NCBI GenBank assembly: GCA_041694835.1 | Contig: JBGFRZ010000082.1 | Location: 62,658-126,657 of the forward strand | DNA length: 64,000 nucleotides | Source: Ignavibacteria bacterium | Lineage (GTDB): Bacteria > Elusimicrobiota > Endomicrobiia > PHAN01 | Reading direction: 5' to 3' | Shown: in pieces, positions 28,491-38,501 of the stretch | Numbering within the stretch: position 1 is the stretch's first letter | Layout of the letters: every line of letters starts with the position of its first letter | Notes under the pieces: model-generated | Told to the model about the DNA's origin: nothing | Seen by the model: only the letters and a program-made list of their open reading frames with translations | Databases searched by the model: none | Made by a program: the position numbers and the translations under genes

Positions 28491-29495
28491 TCAAACATCG
28501 GAGACGGTAGTTCTGTTTCTCCCGAGCTGTTTTGATTTGTACAGCGCCTCGTCGGCGTTTTTTATCAGTTTCAGAGCGTCCATTTTGATTGAAGAGCCCG
28601 CGACGCCAGCCGATATCGTCACTTTAAGAACCCTGCCCTCATGGTTGAACATCGTCTCCGCTATACTTTCCCTAAGACGTTCGGCCCCTTGATGGGCGTC
28701 CGATATATGTGTCTGGGGCATTATGACCGCGAACTCCTCGCCGCCGTAGCGCGATTTTACATCTGAAAAACGGAAAGCGTCTTTCAGGAGCCTTGCTATT
28801 TCTTTTATTACAAAGTCGCCCGCGAGATGGCCGTAGCTGTCGTTGAACCTCTTGAAAAAATCTATGTCAAAAATCATAAGCGACAAATCCAATCCGTATT
28901 TTTGGGAAAGATTCAGCTCGTCGGCGAGTCTCTTTTTGAAATAATTCTGATTGTAAAGTCCCGTCATCGGCTCGCTCACGGTGACTTTTTCAAGCACAGC
29001 GTTTTTGAGTGACTTAGAGGCAAGAGCAGCCATTATCCTAAGCGTCTCTTTTTCAAAATTCGCAACATCATGGAGACTTAAAACCCCGAGATGTTCCTGG
29101 CGATGTGTCAGAGGTATTACAAGCAAAGAACCACCCTTAAGAGGCTTCGTCTGCTCCTGAAAGAATCTTTTGTATCTGCTATCGCTCGATACTTCGTGGA
29201 TAAATACTATATCGTTTACCTTAAGCGCCTCTCCCACAACTCCCTGCGACGGAGAAAGTCTGACCGTTTTCCATGCCGCGGGGGAAAGCCCGGATGCCGC
29301 CCTTACGCTTAAAAGTCCGTCTTCGTCCGGAACCATCAGAGATGCCTTTTTCGTTTTCGTAAACTCCATGAAACTCTCCACGATGGCTCCGACAAGACGC
29401 TCGTAGCATTTTGCGTTCCCTATCTTTTTTACAGCGTCAGAAAGCTCCTTATTGCCTTGAGAATCTTTCCGAAATAATCCTATTGATTTCAACAT
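28491..29495 (-). CDS. GAF-GGDEF diguanylate cyclase
   Basis: DIDFFKRFNDSYGHLAGD, I-site RFSD, RYGGEEF; start overlaps the phoA 3' end. Confidence 0.9.
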   Translation of the reverse strand: MLKSIGLFRKDSQGNKELSDAVKKIGNAKCYERLVGAIVESFMEFTKTKKASLMVPDEDGLLSVRAASGLSPAAWKTVRLSPSQGVVGEALKVNDIVFIHEVSSDSRYKRFFQEQTKPLKGGSLLVIPLTHRQEHLGVLSLHDVANFEKETLRIMAALASKSLKNAVLEKVTVSEPMTGLYNQNYFKKRLADELNLSQKYGLDLSLMIFDIDFFKRFNDSYGHLAGDFVIKEIARLLKDAFRFSDVKSRYGGEEFAVIMPQTHISDAHQGAERLRESIAETMFNHEGRVLKVTISAGVAGSSIKMDALKLIKNADEALYKSKQLGRNRTTVSDV

Positions 29496-30561
29496 TATCA
29501 ATAAATCCTTTTATGTCGTCGGTCTTTGTGTCCGACACCGCCATTATCACGGGAATAGACGTATGCTGTCTGCTGACCCAATAAATGCCTTTTAAATTTT
29601 TCAACTCTTCAATCGTTGGATACCCGTAATCCTTCGATTTCTGAGTTATAGCAACTCCTCCTGTGTCGTGATCGGCGGTGACTATTACAACCGTTTCGGG
29701 ATTTTTCTTTTTGTATTCAAGAACAACCCCTATAGCGTCGTCGAACTCCAGAAAATCCTCTATAATGTCTTCCGCCGAGTTTGCATGACCGGCGTGGTCT
29801 ATCCTGCCGCCTTCGACCATTAGGAAAAAACCGTCCTTTGACTTTGAAAGAAAATCGAGCGCCGATTTCGTCATCTCCGGAAGCGAAGGCTCGGTGGGTC
29901 TTCTGTCCTTGTAGTAACTCATCTCGTTCTGGTTGAAAAAACCGAGGACGTAATTGGATTTCATAGACGGAAGTTTCTTGAGTTCTTTCTTTGCGTAAAT
30001 TGTGGCGTACCCTTTTGATTTTGAAGTTGCTTCGTCGAAGTATTTAGCGCCTCCGCCGAAAATAAGATTTACTTTTTTTTCAAGTTGCTGGATGGCTATC
30101 TCTTCCTTGTTCGCCCTCGCCGTAACGTTCGCGGAAAAAGCGGCGGGGGTGGCGTCTACGACCTCGCAGGTCGTCACAAGCCCCGTCATCATTTTTCTTT
30201 CATGGGCCAAATCCAATAGCGAGCGAAGCGGGTTTCCTTTTTCGTCGACTCCCACCGCTGTGTTATATGTTTTTTTGCCGCAGGCGATGGATGTGGCCGC
30301 AGCGGCGGAATCAGTAATAAGATGTGAGGCGGAATAAGTTGTAACGAGAGAAATTTTAGTGTCGGCTCTATTCATAAAATTTACTATGTTCATTTCAGAT
30401 TTTCCAAGAACAAAGTCGTTGTAGTATTTGGCAAGACCTATAACTCCAGGCCCCATCCCGTCGCCTATCATCAGTATTATCTTCGGAGATTGAGCGAATA
30501 AAAGTGAAGCAAATAGCAAGCAATAAGTGCTAAGTAACAAGAAACGATGCGATTTTTTCAT
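29449..30561 (-). CDS. phoA: Alkaline phosphatase (PhoA family)
   Basis: Signal peptide, IGDGMG, TDSAAAAT, DATPAAF, VEGGRIDHAGH, TADHDTGG. Confidence 0.9.
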   Translation of the reverse strand: MKKSHRFLLLSTYCLLFASLLFAQSPKIILMIGDGMGPGVIGLAKYYNDFVLGKSEMNIVNFMNRADTKISLVTTYSASHLITDSAAAATSIACGKKTYNTAVGVDEKGNPLRSLLDLAHERKMMTGLVTTCEVVDATPAAFSANVTARANKEEIAIQQLEKKVNLIFGGGAKYFDEATSKSKGYATIYAKKELKKLPSMKSNYVLGFFNQNEMSYYKDRRPTEPSLPEMTKSALDFLSKSKDGFFLMVEGGRIDHAGHANSAEDIIEDFLEFDDAIGVVLEYKKKNPETVVIVTADHDTGGVAITQKSKDYGYPTIEELKNLKGIYWVSRQHTSIPVIMAVSDTKTDDIKGFIDNVEINRIISERFSRQ

Positions 30562-30585
30562 AAATCCTCCAAATAGATAATAAAT

Positions 30586-32496
30586 TTATTTTCTGAAAAC
30601 TTCCGGAAGTTTGCCGGGCAGTTTTTCGCCAATCTTTTTTTTCAGCTCTTCTTCGGCTTTCTTTTTTTCTATCTCAACATATTCTTTAATGCGGTTTTCA
30701 ATCTCTTCAACTTTCGCTTTTGATTCGTCTATCCTGGAGCGAACTTCCTTCTGCTTGTCGATGTATTGTTTTTGTACAGATTCTTTTTTGGAGTTGAATT
30801 CTTTCATCACCTCGTTTTTCTTCTCGTTAGTTAGACGAACTATTTCGGCTCTGATTTTCTTGTGAAATTCGGCGATTTTTTCTCCGAAAAGCGCTTTCAA
30901 TCTTTTGGAAAATATCTTTTCGATATTTGAATTGACCGAAACTTTCAGGTTGTCCGACGGGCCGAGAACTCTTGCGTCGATATTTATGGCATCCATTCCC
31001 GACCAGAGGTTTTTCACAATTTCTTTGACCTCGTCGTCTTCTGGCGCTCGCGCTGAAACTTCGTCCATTGTGAGATTTAATCCACAGTCAATGATGTCGC
31101 CGTCCTTCACGAACTTGGCGGAGATTCTCGAATTGCTTTTCTCAAAAGATGGCAGATAATCCGAAGACGGCAATCCAAGAGATTTTGATTCCAATCCAAT
31201 GTAACTTATATTCAGGGAGTCGTAAGGCGTTGATTGTGTGTGATCCAACTTGGCTGAAATTTCAATCTTTTTTTTGCCTTTATATCCTTTTATGTCCACA
31301 AGCATCGGACGGCCTAAAAGAACGGGTTCTGAAGTTATGTCGGTCACCTCCCCTATAAATCCAAGAGGTTCTTCCTGACCAAATGCACCCGAGAGCGAGA
31401 TTTTTTTTATCAGGAAATCTGGCGATGTACCCTTTTTAGGGAAGATGACATCCGTACCCCTTAGACGTTTCCTGACGACTTTTTCCTCCTTTTTCCTGGC
31501 GGGCATGTATTTTCGGGCAAGATGAATGTAGTACATTACATTATTGACCCTTTCAATCCATACCCTTCCGAAAATCGCCTCGGAGATGTTGCCAAAAGAA
31601 ACCGGGGGAAGTTTCAACTTGTCGGCGAAAGCCCTGTAATCTTTCTCTTTAAGTTCGTTTAACCTGCCAAGTAAATTTTTTTCCGATCCGAAGTCGACGG
31701 AGATACTATCCGATATTTGCATAATTTCCAAATACGATTTTTCGAGCTCCTGTTTCGAGCGGTTCAGTTCGTTTATGACCTGCTTTGCATTTTCGATGTC
31801 TTTTGCATCCTGTATTTTTATTTGTCTTGCCATCTGCAGGGCGCTCTCGGCCGCTGCAAGTTGAGGGCTGAGCTTTAAATCCGAGAGTTTTGTTTCATAG
31901 TGAGAGTATTTCTGCGAGTAGCTTTCTTTAAGTGCGTCCATCTCCTTGACCGAGCCAAGCTCGTCGAACTTTACAACTTTGTCAATCGATATTTCCTTGA
32001 TTTCTTTCTCATATGATTTTATCTTAGAAAGAGCGGGGAGGGATGCTATCTCGCTCTCCGCTTTCTTTTTCAGTTTTCCGTAAAGCTCAGATGTCAGCCC
32101 CTGTTTTTTCTTCTTTTTCTCTATCTGCACCACCTTTTTCGGCGCAAGAGCGCCTGAAGTTTTACGAGGTGTTCCGGTTTTTATGCCTTCGACGGACATC
32201 TCCTCAATTATGAATTTTTTCGAAAGAAGCGGGACGGGCTTCACGGCGAATCTGATATCGGATATCTCAAATAAATTCTTCCATGGGTCGTTTTTATCGG
32301 CAACTTGCAGATTTGATATCCCGACAGAGAGGTTTCTGAATTTTGTTTTAAGTGAACCAACATCGACTTTAGCACCGAATATCATCTCTCCCGAAGCCAC
32401 CAGCGATTTCTTGAGCAGAATATCCAGCAAAAGGATATTAAAAAGCGTGATAAGAAAAATTATTGCCAACGCTGGAAGTAAAAATTTCCATCTCAT
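30586..32496 (-). CDS. TIGR03545-family protein
   Basis: MRW N-terminal anchor, GAKVDV..LQVADKNDPWKNLFE, PDFLIKKI; paired with TIGR03546. Confidence 0.75.
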   Translation of the reverse strand: MRWKFLLPALAIIFLITLFNILLLDILLKKSLVASGEMIFGAKVDVGSLKTKFRNLSVGISNLQVADKNDPWKNLFEISDIRFAVKPVPLLSKKFIIEEMSVEGIKTGTPRKTSGALAPKKVVQIEKKKKKQGLTSELYGKLKKKAESEIASLPALSKIKSYEKEIKEISIDKVVKFDELGSVKEMDALKESYSQKYSHYETKLSDLKLSPQLAAAESALQMARQIKIQDAKDIENAKQVINELNRSKQELEKSYLEIMQISDSISVDFGSEKNLLGRLNELKEKDYRAFADKLKLPPVSFGNISEAIFGRVWIERVNNVMYYIHLARKYMPARKKEEKVVRKRLRGTDVIFPKKGTSPDFLIKKISLSGAFGQEEPLGFIGEVTDITSEPVLLGRPMLVDIKGYKGKKKIEISAKLDHTQSTPYDSLNISYIGLESKSLGLPSSDYLPSFEKSNSRISAKFVKDGDIIDCGLNLTMDEVSARAPEDDEVKEIVKNLWSGMDAINIDARVLGPSDNLKVSVNSNIEKIFSKRLKALFGEKIAEFHKKIRAEIVRLTNEKKNEVMKEFNSKKESVQKQYIDKQKEVRSRIDESKAKVEEIENRIKEYVEIEKKKAEEELKKKIGEKLPGKLPEVFRK

Positions 32497-32526
32497 AATT
32501 TTTCTCCTGTGAAATCCTTCGGATTT

Positions 32527-33039
32527 CTATTTCAGTTTGTCGTATATCCCGTAAATTTTCGTAAGTTTAAGCACCTTCACTATTTTCAACTTTTCCACTT
32601 TCGTTTTCAGATTGGTGCGGTAGTAAATTATGAATTTTTTGGCGAGCAGATATACAGGAACAAAAAGTATAATCGAAATCAAAATGCTACCGAGAACAAC
32701 GGTGTTGTTGAATCTAGTGAAAGGAACAATGGGCAGGTTGTAAAGATAACTCCAAAAAGGAGCAAGTAAGCGGGCATCCACAAGCAGAGCGTAGCCGAAG
32801 ATATCGGCCAGCGGATCCGCAAAATAGGCCACGAGCTTGAACAAAAGCGCCGAAAATAAAGCTGCTCCTATGTTCACCTTAAGCAAGAATATCAACAGAA
32901 ATACGAAGATGCCGAGAACTAAGCTTAAAGGCACAAGACCAAGTATTACACCGAAAGCCACTCCGGCGGCGATCTCGGACGGAGAAATTTCACTGTGTAA
33001 CAACCTTATGATTTTCTGAATTATCTTTAGCCAAAACAT
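32527..33039 (-). CDS. TIGR03546-family (DUF2062) membrane protein
   Basis: SEISPSEIAAG, NLPIVPFTRFNNTVVLGS. Confidence 0.8.
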   Translation of the reverse strand: MFWLKIIQKIIRLLHSEISPSEIAAGVAFGVILGLVPLSLVLGIFVFLLIFLLKVNIGAALFSALLFKLVAYFADPLADIFGYALLVDARLLAPFWSYLYNLPIVPFTRFNNTVVLGSILISIILFVPVYLLAKKFIIYYRTNLKTKVEKLKIVKVLKLTKIYGIYDKLK

Positions 33040-33177
33040 CGATTCCCTCCCATGAAATCCTTCGGATTTCTACATGAGTGTGTATCAGTGCCGACTTAGG
33101 CATTCGCTTCCTGCAAACATTATAGTAATTATTTTTGGTTTTTCAAAAGGTGCTACACTCAAATGTACTGCGGGGGT

Positions 33178-33266
33178 TGACCCCGTTAGAAATTATAGCG
33201 CTCTTAAGAGGAAATTAAAAGTTTCCCTGAACTCCTCAAATCATCAGAGATTTCTAACGGGGTTGA
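33178..33266. mobile_element. Mini palindromic MITE (ACCCCGTTAGAAA...TTTCTAACGGGGT)
   Basis: 13-bp perfect terminal inverted repeat; shorter copies at 38373-38406 and 54119-54152, half copies at about 33903 and 34345. Confidence 0.7.
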
Positions 33267-33291
33267 CTAAAAAATTCGTATTTGATAGAAT
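33263..33291 (+). promoter_or_regulatory. Sigma70 promoter of the tRNA-Leu-rpmH operon
   Basis: TTGACT-17 bp-TAGAAT, about 20 bp upstream of the tRNA. Confidence 0.7.
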
Positions 33292-33310
33292 AACTCGCAT
33301 ATAATTTGAC

Positions 33311-33396
33311 GCCGGGGTGGCGGAACTGGCAGACGCAAGGGACTTAAAATCCCTCGGGGGGCAACCTCCATGTGGGTTCGATTCCCACCCTCGGCA
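33311..33396 (+). tRNA. tRNA-Leu(TAA), CCA not encoded
   Basis: Acceptor GCCGGGG/CCTCGGC, D-arm TGGCGGAACTGGCAGACGC, anticodon arm AGGGA-CTTAAAA-TCCCT, long variable arm, GGTTCGATTCC. Confidence 0.95.
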
Positions 33397-33408
33397 AAAG
33401 GAGAATTT

Positions 33409-33549
33409 ATGGTAAAAAGGACATTCCAGCCGAAGGTTAGGAGGAGGAACAAAAGAATCGGTTTTCGTTCAAGGATGAAAACAAGCGGCGGGCGAAAAAC
33501 CATATCCCGACGAAGAAAAACCGGAAGAAAGAGACTTTCCGTCGCCTGA
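33409..33549 (+). CDS. rpmH: 50S ribosomal protein L34
   Basis: [46 protein letters not shown] (translated by hand; below the ORF-track cutoff). Confidence 0.95.
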   Translation: MVKRTFQPKVRRRNKRIGFRSRMKTSGGRKTISRRRKTGRKRLSVA

Positions 33550-33902
33550 TGCCCCATAAATTCTACTACTCCGAAAGACTTCACGGCAAGAAGGAGTTTG
33601 GCGTTGTACTCAACGGCGGGTCTTACATAAACTCTGATTTTCTAACTATCATCTTTTACAAAAATCCTTTGCATAAAATCGTCCGTCTCGGATTGATCAC
33701 AAAAAAGTCTGTGGGTCAAGCCGTTGAAAGAAACAGGGCCAAAAGAAGGCTGAGAGAAATCTTCAGGCTAAACAAAGACCGCCTTCTTAAGGGGCTTGAC
33801 ATCGTATTTATGCTCAAGCCGCCAATAATAAAGATGAGTTACGGTGAAATAGAAACAAAAGCGATGGAGATGCTCGCCAAAAAAAACCTCATATTAAAGT
33901 GA
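33549..33902 (+). CDS. rnpA: Ribonuclease P protein component
   Basis: RLGLITKKSVGQAVERNRAKRRLRE. Confidence 0.93.
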   Translation: MPHKFYYSERLHGKKEFGVVLNGGSYINSDFLTIIFYKNPLHKIVRLGLITKKSVGQAVERNRAKRRLREIFRLNKDRLLKGLDIVFMLKPPIIKMSYGEIETKAMEMLAKKNLILK

Positions 33903-34042
33903 GCCCCGTCAGAAATTACCGGGATTCTATGAAAAATAAAAAAGTTCGGCTCTTCTCCAAATGTTTTTATACGCACAACAAAAAATGGCGAAGACCCGAA
34001 AGTTTTAACAAACCTTACAAATATCGGAAAGTTTCTTGTAGT

Positions 34043-34249
34043 ATGAAAAAGATAGTTTTTTTTATCATCGATTTCGTAAAAATGTTTCGCTTAATACCGG
34101 GTGCGGCTTGCCGTTTTCATCCATCCTGCTCCGTTTACACCAAGGAGGCCGTGGAGAAATACGGAATAACGCGAGGAATTTTGATGGGAGCGATGAGGGT
34201 TCTTAGATGCCACCCTTTTTCAAAAGGTGGCTATGCTCCTTTAAAGTGA
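34043..34249 (+). CDS. yidD: Membrane protein insertion efficiency factor
   Basis: CRFHPSCSVY..RVLRCHPFSKGG; start MKKIVFF. Confidence 0.9.
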   Translation: MKKIVFFIIDFVKMFRLIPGAACRFHPSCSVYTKEAVEKYGITRGILMGAMRVLRCHPFSKGGYAPLK

Positions 34250-34450
34250 ATTCGCGAACCCGCTTTGCGATTTTCATATAACTCTATCACTTTACTACCC
34301 TGTTATTTTTTACCGCTCTGCGACAGAAACCGATAAACCCTGCAAACGGGGTAAATCGGCGACTACATATATCAATTATCCGTGGCGCAGAACATCACTC
34401 GTTGTCTCTGCGGGCTTTGTAGTCGGAGTTTATTACATAGGAGGAAAAAA

Positions 34451-35959
34451 ATGAAAAAAAACACAATAATTGCTGTGATTTTATCGATTGCTTTTCTGAT
34501 ACTTTGGACGCGTTTTTATCAAGTCCCGAAGCAAAAAGAGAAAGTCGCTTTTCAGGAGACGACGCCGCCTCAAAATCAGAGGCAGGAAATCGTTGAACCA
34601 CCCAAAGAAGCCGCCAAAATGCGGGCGCCCGAAGAAAAAACGAGCACGATGGATAGGGTTAAATCAAAAATCACTTTCACAAGCAATGGCGGCGCCGTAA
34701 AAAAATACGAGGTGAAAGAAAAAGACAAGATTACGGATATAGTTTTTAAGGGAAGTGAATTTTTCTCGACTTATCCCGATACGTCGGCAAAAATAACGAC
34801 AACGAAAAACGCTGTCATATCAAGGCAGGAAATAGACGGACTCGTAATTCAAAAGACATACCTCTTGAACGACGACAGCATAGAGAAGTTGAAGATAGAG
34901 CTCGCAAACCAGCGAAGGGTGAAGGTTTCCTCGGAGTTTAAGATGAAAGTCTCCGGCGGGCTCGCTTCAGATTCTCCCGATGAAAAAGAAAACATAGACT
35001 TGAATAAAGTGCACATCTACTCTCAAAAAAAACCGCAGGTTGTCAAATCCGGAAAAAGAAGCCTTGAAAACGTGAAGTGGTTTACAAACGACAACAGATA
35101 CTTCCTGCTTGCACTGATGCCCGTAAAATACCAAAAAGAAGAAATAGAGGTAGTGCCGAAGACAAAAACCTCGCCACCTGTGGTCTATTTGACCACAAAC
35201 ATTTCTCTGGAGGCGGGAGAAAAAAAATCGCTTGAATACGGTGTATACATAGGCGGCAAATCATATTTTGAACTGACTAAAACAAACACGGGCCTTGAAA
35301 AAACCATTGCTCTCGGTCTCCTCGACGGGATGGCTAAATTCTTCCTTAAAGCGCTCTCTGCCATAAACAAAATTTTGGGAAACTACGGTTGGGCGATAAT
35401 AATCCTCTCCCTTGGAATACAACTTATAACATCTCCACTTTCCATAAAATCCATAAAAGCGGCAGCCGATATGAAGCGGCTTCAGCCTCATCTTAAAGAA
35501 ATACAGCAGAAGTTCAAGAACGACCCAAAAAGACTCAACGTCGAGGTAATGAATCTTTACAAAACTCACCGCGTGAACCCTTTGAGCGGTTGCTTGCCGA
35601 TGCTTCTTCAAATGCCAATATTTTGGGCACTTTTTTCGACACTGCAAAACGCTTACGAACTAAGACATGCCCCGTGGATTTTATGGATAAAAGACCTCTC
35701 CTCTCACGACCCTTATTATGTTCTTCCCCTTCTAATGGGTGCGGGAATGTTCGCTCAGCAGATAATGTCCGGAACAACGCACGATCCACAGAATAAGATG
35801 ATGAGTTATATCTTCCCGGCGGTTTTTACGTTTATGTTTTTGAAATTCCCGTCGGGGGTAGTTCTCTACTGGCTGATGAACTCGGTCCTCACGATAATTT
35901 TGCAGTTGCTCTTTTTGGAGAAAGAAGTGATAAAAGAACACCATATTGTTAAACGTTAA
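34451..35959 (+). CDS. yidC: Membrane protein insertase YidC
   Basis: GNYGWAII, NPLSGCLP, PWILWIKDLS..DPYYVLP; SD GGAGG. Confidence 0.95.
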   Translation: MKKNTIIAVILSIAFLILWTRFYQVPKQKEKVAFQETTPPQNQRQEIVEPPKEAAKMRAPEEKTSTMDRVKSKITFTSNGGAVKKYEVKEKDKITDIVFKGSEFFSTYPDTSAKITTTKNAVISRQEIDGLVIQKTYLLNDDSIEKLKIELANQRRVKVSSEFKMKVSGGLASDSPDEKENIDLNKVHIYSQKKPQVVKSGKRSLENVKWFTNDNRYFLLALMPVKYQKEEIEVVPKTKTSPPVVYLTTNISLEAGEKKSLEYGVYIGGKSYFELTKTNTGLEKTIALGLLDGMAKFFLKALSAINKILGNYGWAIIILSLGIQLITSPLSIKSIKAAADMKRLQPHLKEIQQKFKNDPKRLNVEVMNLYKTHRVNPLSGCLPMLLQMPIFWALFSTLQNAYELRHAPWILWIKDLSSHDPYYVLPLLMGAGMFAQQIMSGTTHDPQNKMMSYIFPAVFTFMFLKFPSGVVLYWLMNSVLTIILQLLFLEKEVIKEHHIVKR

Positions 35960-36020
35960 TAGTTCAAGAGTTTATTGGTGGTTCGTGATTCGTTTCCTCC
36001 AGCCACCAGCCACTTTTTTT

Positions 36021-36659
36021 ATGAACTACGAATTCAGGGGAAAAAGCGTCAAAGAGGCCCTTCAGAAATCCCTCAAAAAACTTTCGCTTGCCGAAGACGA
36101 GGTGGAAGTAACAATCCTTGACGAGGGAAAAAGGGGCCTTTTTTCGCTTGAAGGAAAGCAACAGGCGGTTATTCTCGTAAAACCCAGAAAAACGCAACTA
36201 ACCGCAGCAGACTTTATAGAAATCCAAAAAAAAATCAAAAAGCATCTTTCCGAAATCCTGAGGTGCGCGGGGATTCCGTTTAAAAAGATAAATACGACTA
36301 TGATGACTGGAAGGATATTCATCAATATCATCTGCGGCAAAAACCCGATGGACGAAGATTTCTTGTTCGCCCTTGAATCAATCATTTACGAAATCATAAA
36401 TAAAGACAAAACTTCCTCCCTGAAAATACACCTCGATTCAAACTTCATAATTAAAAAAATGGAAGAAAATCTCAGAGAGAAAACCATAAAGATAGCTCAT
36501 ATCGTTAAAAAAACCGGAAAACCGCATAAATTTAGCGAGCCTTTGAGATTTTTTTTCAGAAAAATAGTCCATGACGCCGTAAGGGAAGTGCCGGGAACAA
36601 CATCCGTCTCACACGGAAGCGGGGAAGAGAAAACGGTCGAGATATACCCGAAGCCGTAG
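36021..36659 (+). CDS. jag: Jag/KhpB (EloR) RNA-binding protein
   Basis: Jag_N (GKSVKEAL..ILDEGKRGLF), R3H motif RKIVH; synteny. Confidence 0.85.
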   Translation: MNYEFRGKSVKEALQKSLKKLSLAEDEVEVTILDEGKRGLFSLEGKQQAVILVKPRKTQLTAADFIEIQKKIKKHLSEILRCAGIPFKKINTTMMTGRIFINIICGKNPMDEDFLFALESIIYEIINKDKTSSLKIHLDSNFIIKKMEENLREKTIKIAHIVKKTGKPHKFSEPLRFFFRKIVHDAVREVPGTTSVSHGSGEEKTVEIYPKP

Positions 36660-38041
36660 TGAATAAAATGTATAGCGCAACCGAAACCATAACTGCAATC
36701 TCCACGCCCCCTCAGCTTTCTGCCATAGCGATAATACGTATAAGCGGGAAAAAATCTCATGAGATACTCTCACGGATATTCAGACCAGCCGCCGGCAAAA
36801 TCATTCCAAGAATGGCGTTGACGGGAAGCATCTTTGACGGTCAAAAACAGATAGACGAGGTCATAGCGATTCAATTCAACGGCCCCAACTCATACACAGG
36901 CGAGGACATGGCCGAAATCCACTGTCACGGAAGCCCCTTCGTCGTCCAGAAGATACTGAAACTCATATATAGTTTCGAAGGAACAAGACTCGCCGAAAGG
37001 GGGGAGTTTACATACAGGGCTTTCCTCAACGGTAAAATGGACCTTACTCAGGCAGAAGCGGTGGTTAAGATCATAGAGTCAAAATCGGAGCTTTCGCTAA
37101 AAAGTGGGTTGGGGCAGCTCAAAGGCAGACTCTCCGGGAAAGCAAAAGAATGGAAATCAGAGCTTGTGGGCATTTTGTCCACAATAGAGGCGTCTATAGA
37201 AGATTATGAGGACACGGAGACCCCAAATACCGGAAATATCACAGAAAAAATAAATAATTTGGTTGACGACATGGAAAAAGTTCTCGAAAAAACCGGCGAG
37301 TTCCTTTCAACGGACATACCGGTTGTTATAGTGGGTAAGCCCAACGCAGGAAAATCTTCGGTTTTTAACGCCCTGGCCGGCGAAGAAAGGGTGATAGTTA
37401 CCCCCATAGCCGGGACCACGACCGACATCGTCTCGGAGACGCTCCAGTGGGACGGGCTTTCATGGAAGCTCCACGACACAGCCGGAATAGGAAGCAATCC
37501 TACCGACATAATCGAAGAGATTGGTCAGAGCAAAACCCACCGCAAACTAAAAGAATCCGAGGTTATACTCTTTGTCCTGGATTCGTCGGTCCCCATGGAC
37601 GCGATAGACACTGAGATTATGAAAAAGATAGAACTGGTCGAAAACAAACTGCTCGTTTTTGTGCTTAACAAATCGGACAAATCCAGCGTGGTAAAAAAAG
37701 CCGACATTGAAGCTTTTTTCAAAAAAGAGGGAATAATCGCCGTCGAGCTGTCGGCAAAAACAGGCTTCGGAATAAGAACGTTAAAGGAAACTATGACAAA
37801 ACTTTGTGGCGGCGACGTTGAAAACTCCGAGGAGATAGTGGTGGGTTCGATGAGACAGAAAAATGCCATAAAAAACTCTGCCAACATCCTTAAAAAAGCA
37901 GTTTCGGAACCAGGAGACGACGAAGAGGTTTTGGCTCACCACATAAAACTCGCAATCGACCAGATAAGGGAGCTTTTGGGCGAGATAACCGCTGACGATG
38001 TCCTTGATGAAATATTTTCAAGATTCTGTGTCGGGAAATAA
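36659..38041 (+). CDS. mnmE: tRNA modification GTPase MnmE
   Basis: PNSYTGED, GEFTYRAFLNGKMDL, GKPNAGKSS, DTAG, NKSD, FCVGK. Confidence 0.96.
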   Translation: MNKMYSATETITAISTPPQLSAIAIIRISGKKSHEILSRIFRPAAGKIIPRMALTGSIFDGQKQIDEVIAIQFNGPNSYTGEDMAEIHCHGSPFVVQKILKLIYSFEGTRLAERGEFTYRAFLNGKMDLTQAEAVVKIIESKSELSLKSGLGQLKGRLSGKAKEWKSELVGILSTIEASIEDYEDTETPNTGNITEKINNLVDDMEKVLEKTGEFLSTDIPVVIVGKPNAGKSSVFNALAGEERVIVTPIAGTTTDIVSETLQWDGLSWKLHDTAGIGSNPTDIIEEIGQSKTHRKLKESEVILFVLDSSVPMDAIDTEIMKKIELVENKLLVFVLNKSDKSSVVKKADIEAFFKKEGIIAVELSAKTGFGIRTLKETMTKLCGGDVENSEEIVVGSMRQKNAIKNSANILKKAVSEPGDDEEVLAHHIKLAIDQIRELLGEITADDVLDEIFSRFCVGK

Positions 38042-38085
38042 TGTAGGGGCTTTCTAATGCTCTGTGCCATAAATAATTGACATTT

Positions 38086-38446
38086 TATCACAGAGACGCG
38101 GAGAAAAGTGAAAGTATCACAAAGAAATTACCAACGGAGATTTGAACTCTGTGTTTTTTCTCTGTGTTCTTTGTGCCTCTGTGGTAAGGCTTTTCAGTTC
38201 TGTGTTATTAAAACCCTTAACCACGAAGACACGAAAACGCGAAAAATATCGTTCTCTTTTTGTAAATCCCCCTGCTTCGCTTCCCCCTTTACAAAAGGGG
38301 GTTAGAGGGGGATTTTCCATGATTTCTAACTTTCGCGCTTTCGTGGTAAAGTTTTTTCTCTGTGTTCTCCTTGCCCCGTTAGATGCTTGCTATCTAACGG
38401 AGTGAATGTCTCTGTGGTGAATTTTAGCGAAGCGCCAGTGAACCCT
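38086..38446 (+). repeat. Composite nested MITE-like repeat, copy 1
   Basis: Long near-identical blocks shared with 54098-54441 (inverted) and 59275-59546. Confidence 0.85.
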
Positions 38447-38501
38447 AAATATCATCTGTGGGCGGCGCCTTATATGACTTTCGGCAGGAGCTATTGACTT
38501 T

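Noticed and set aside
33267-33584. 105-aa minus-strand ORF
   Set aside because: Antisense to tRNA-Leu and rpmH.
38108-38405. Short ORFs resembling those at 54007-54256 and 59300-59566
   Set aside because: The similarity comes from the non-coding composite repeat; frames are not preserved between copies.
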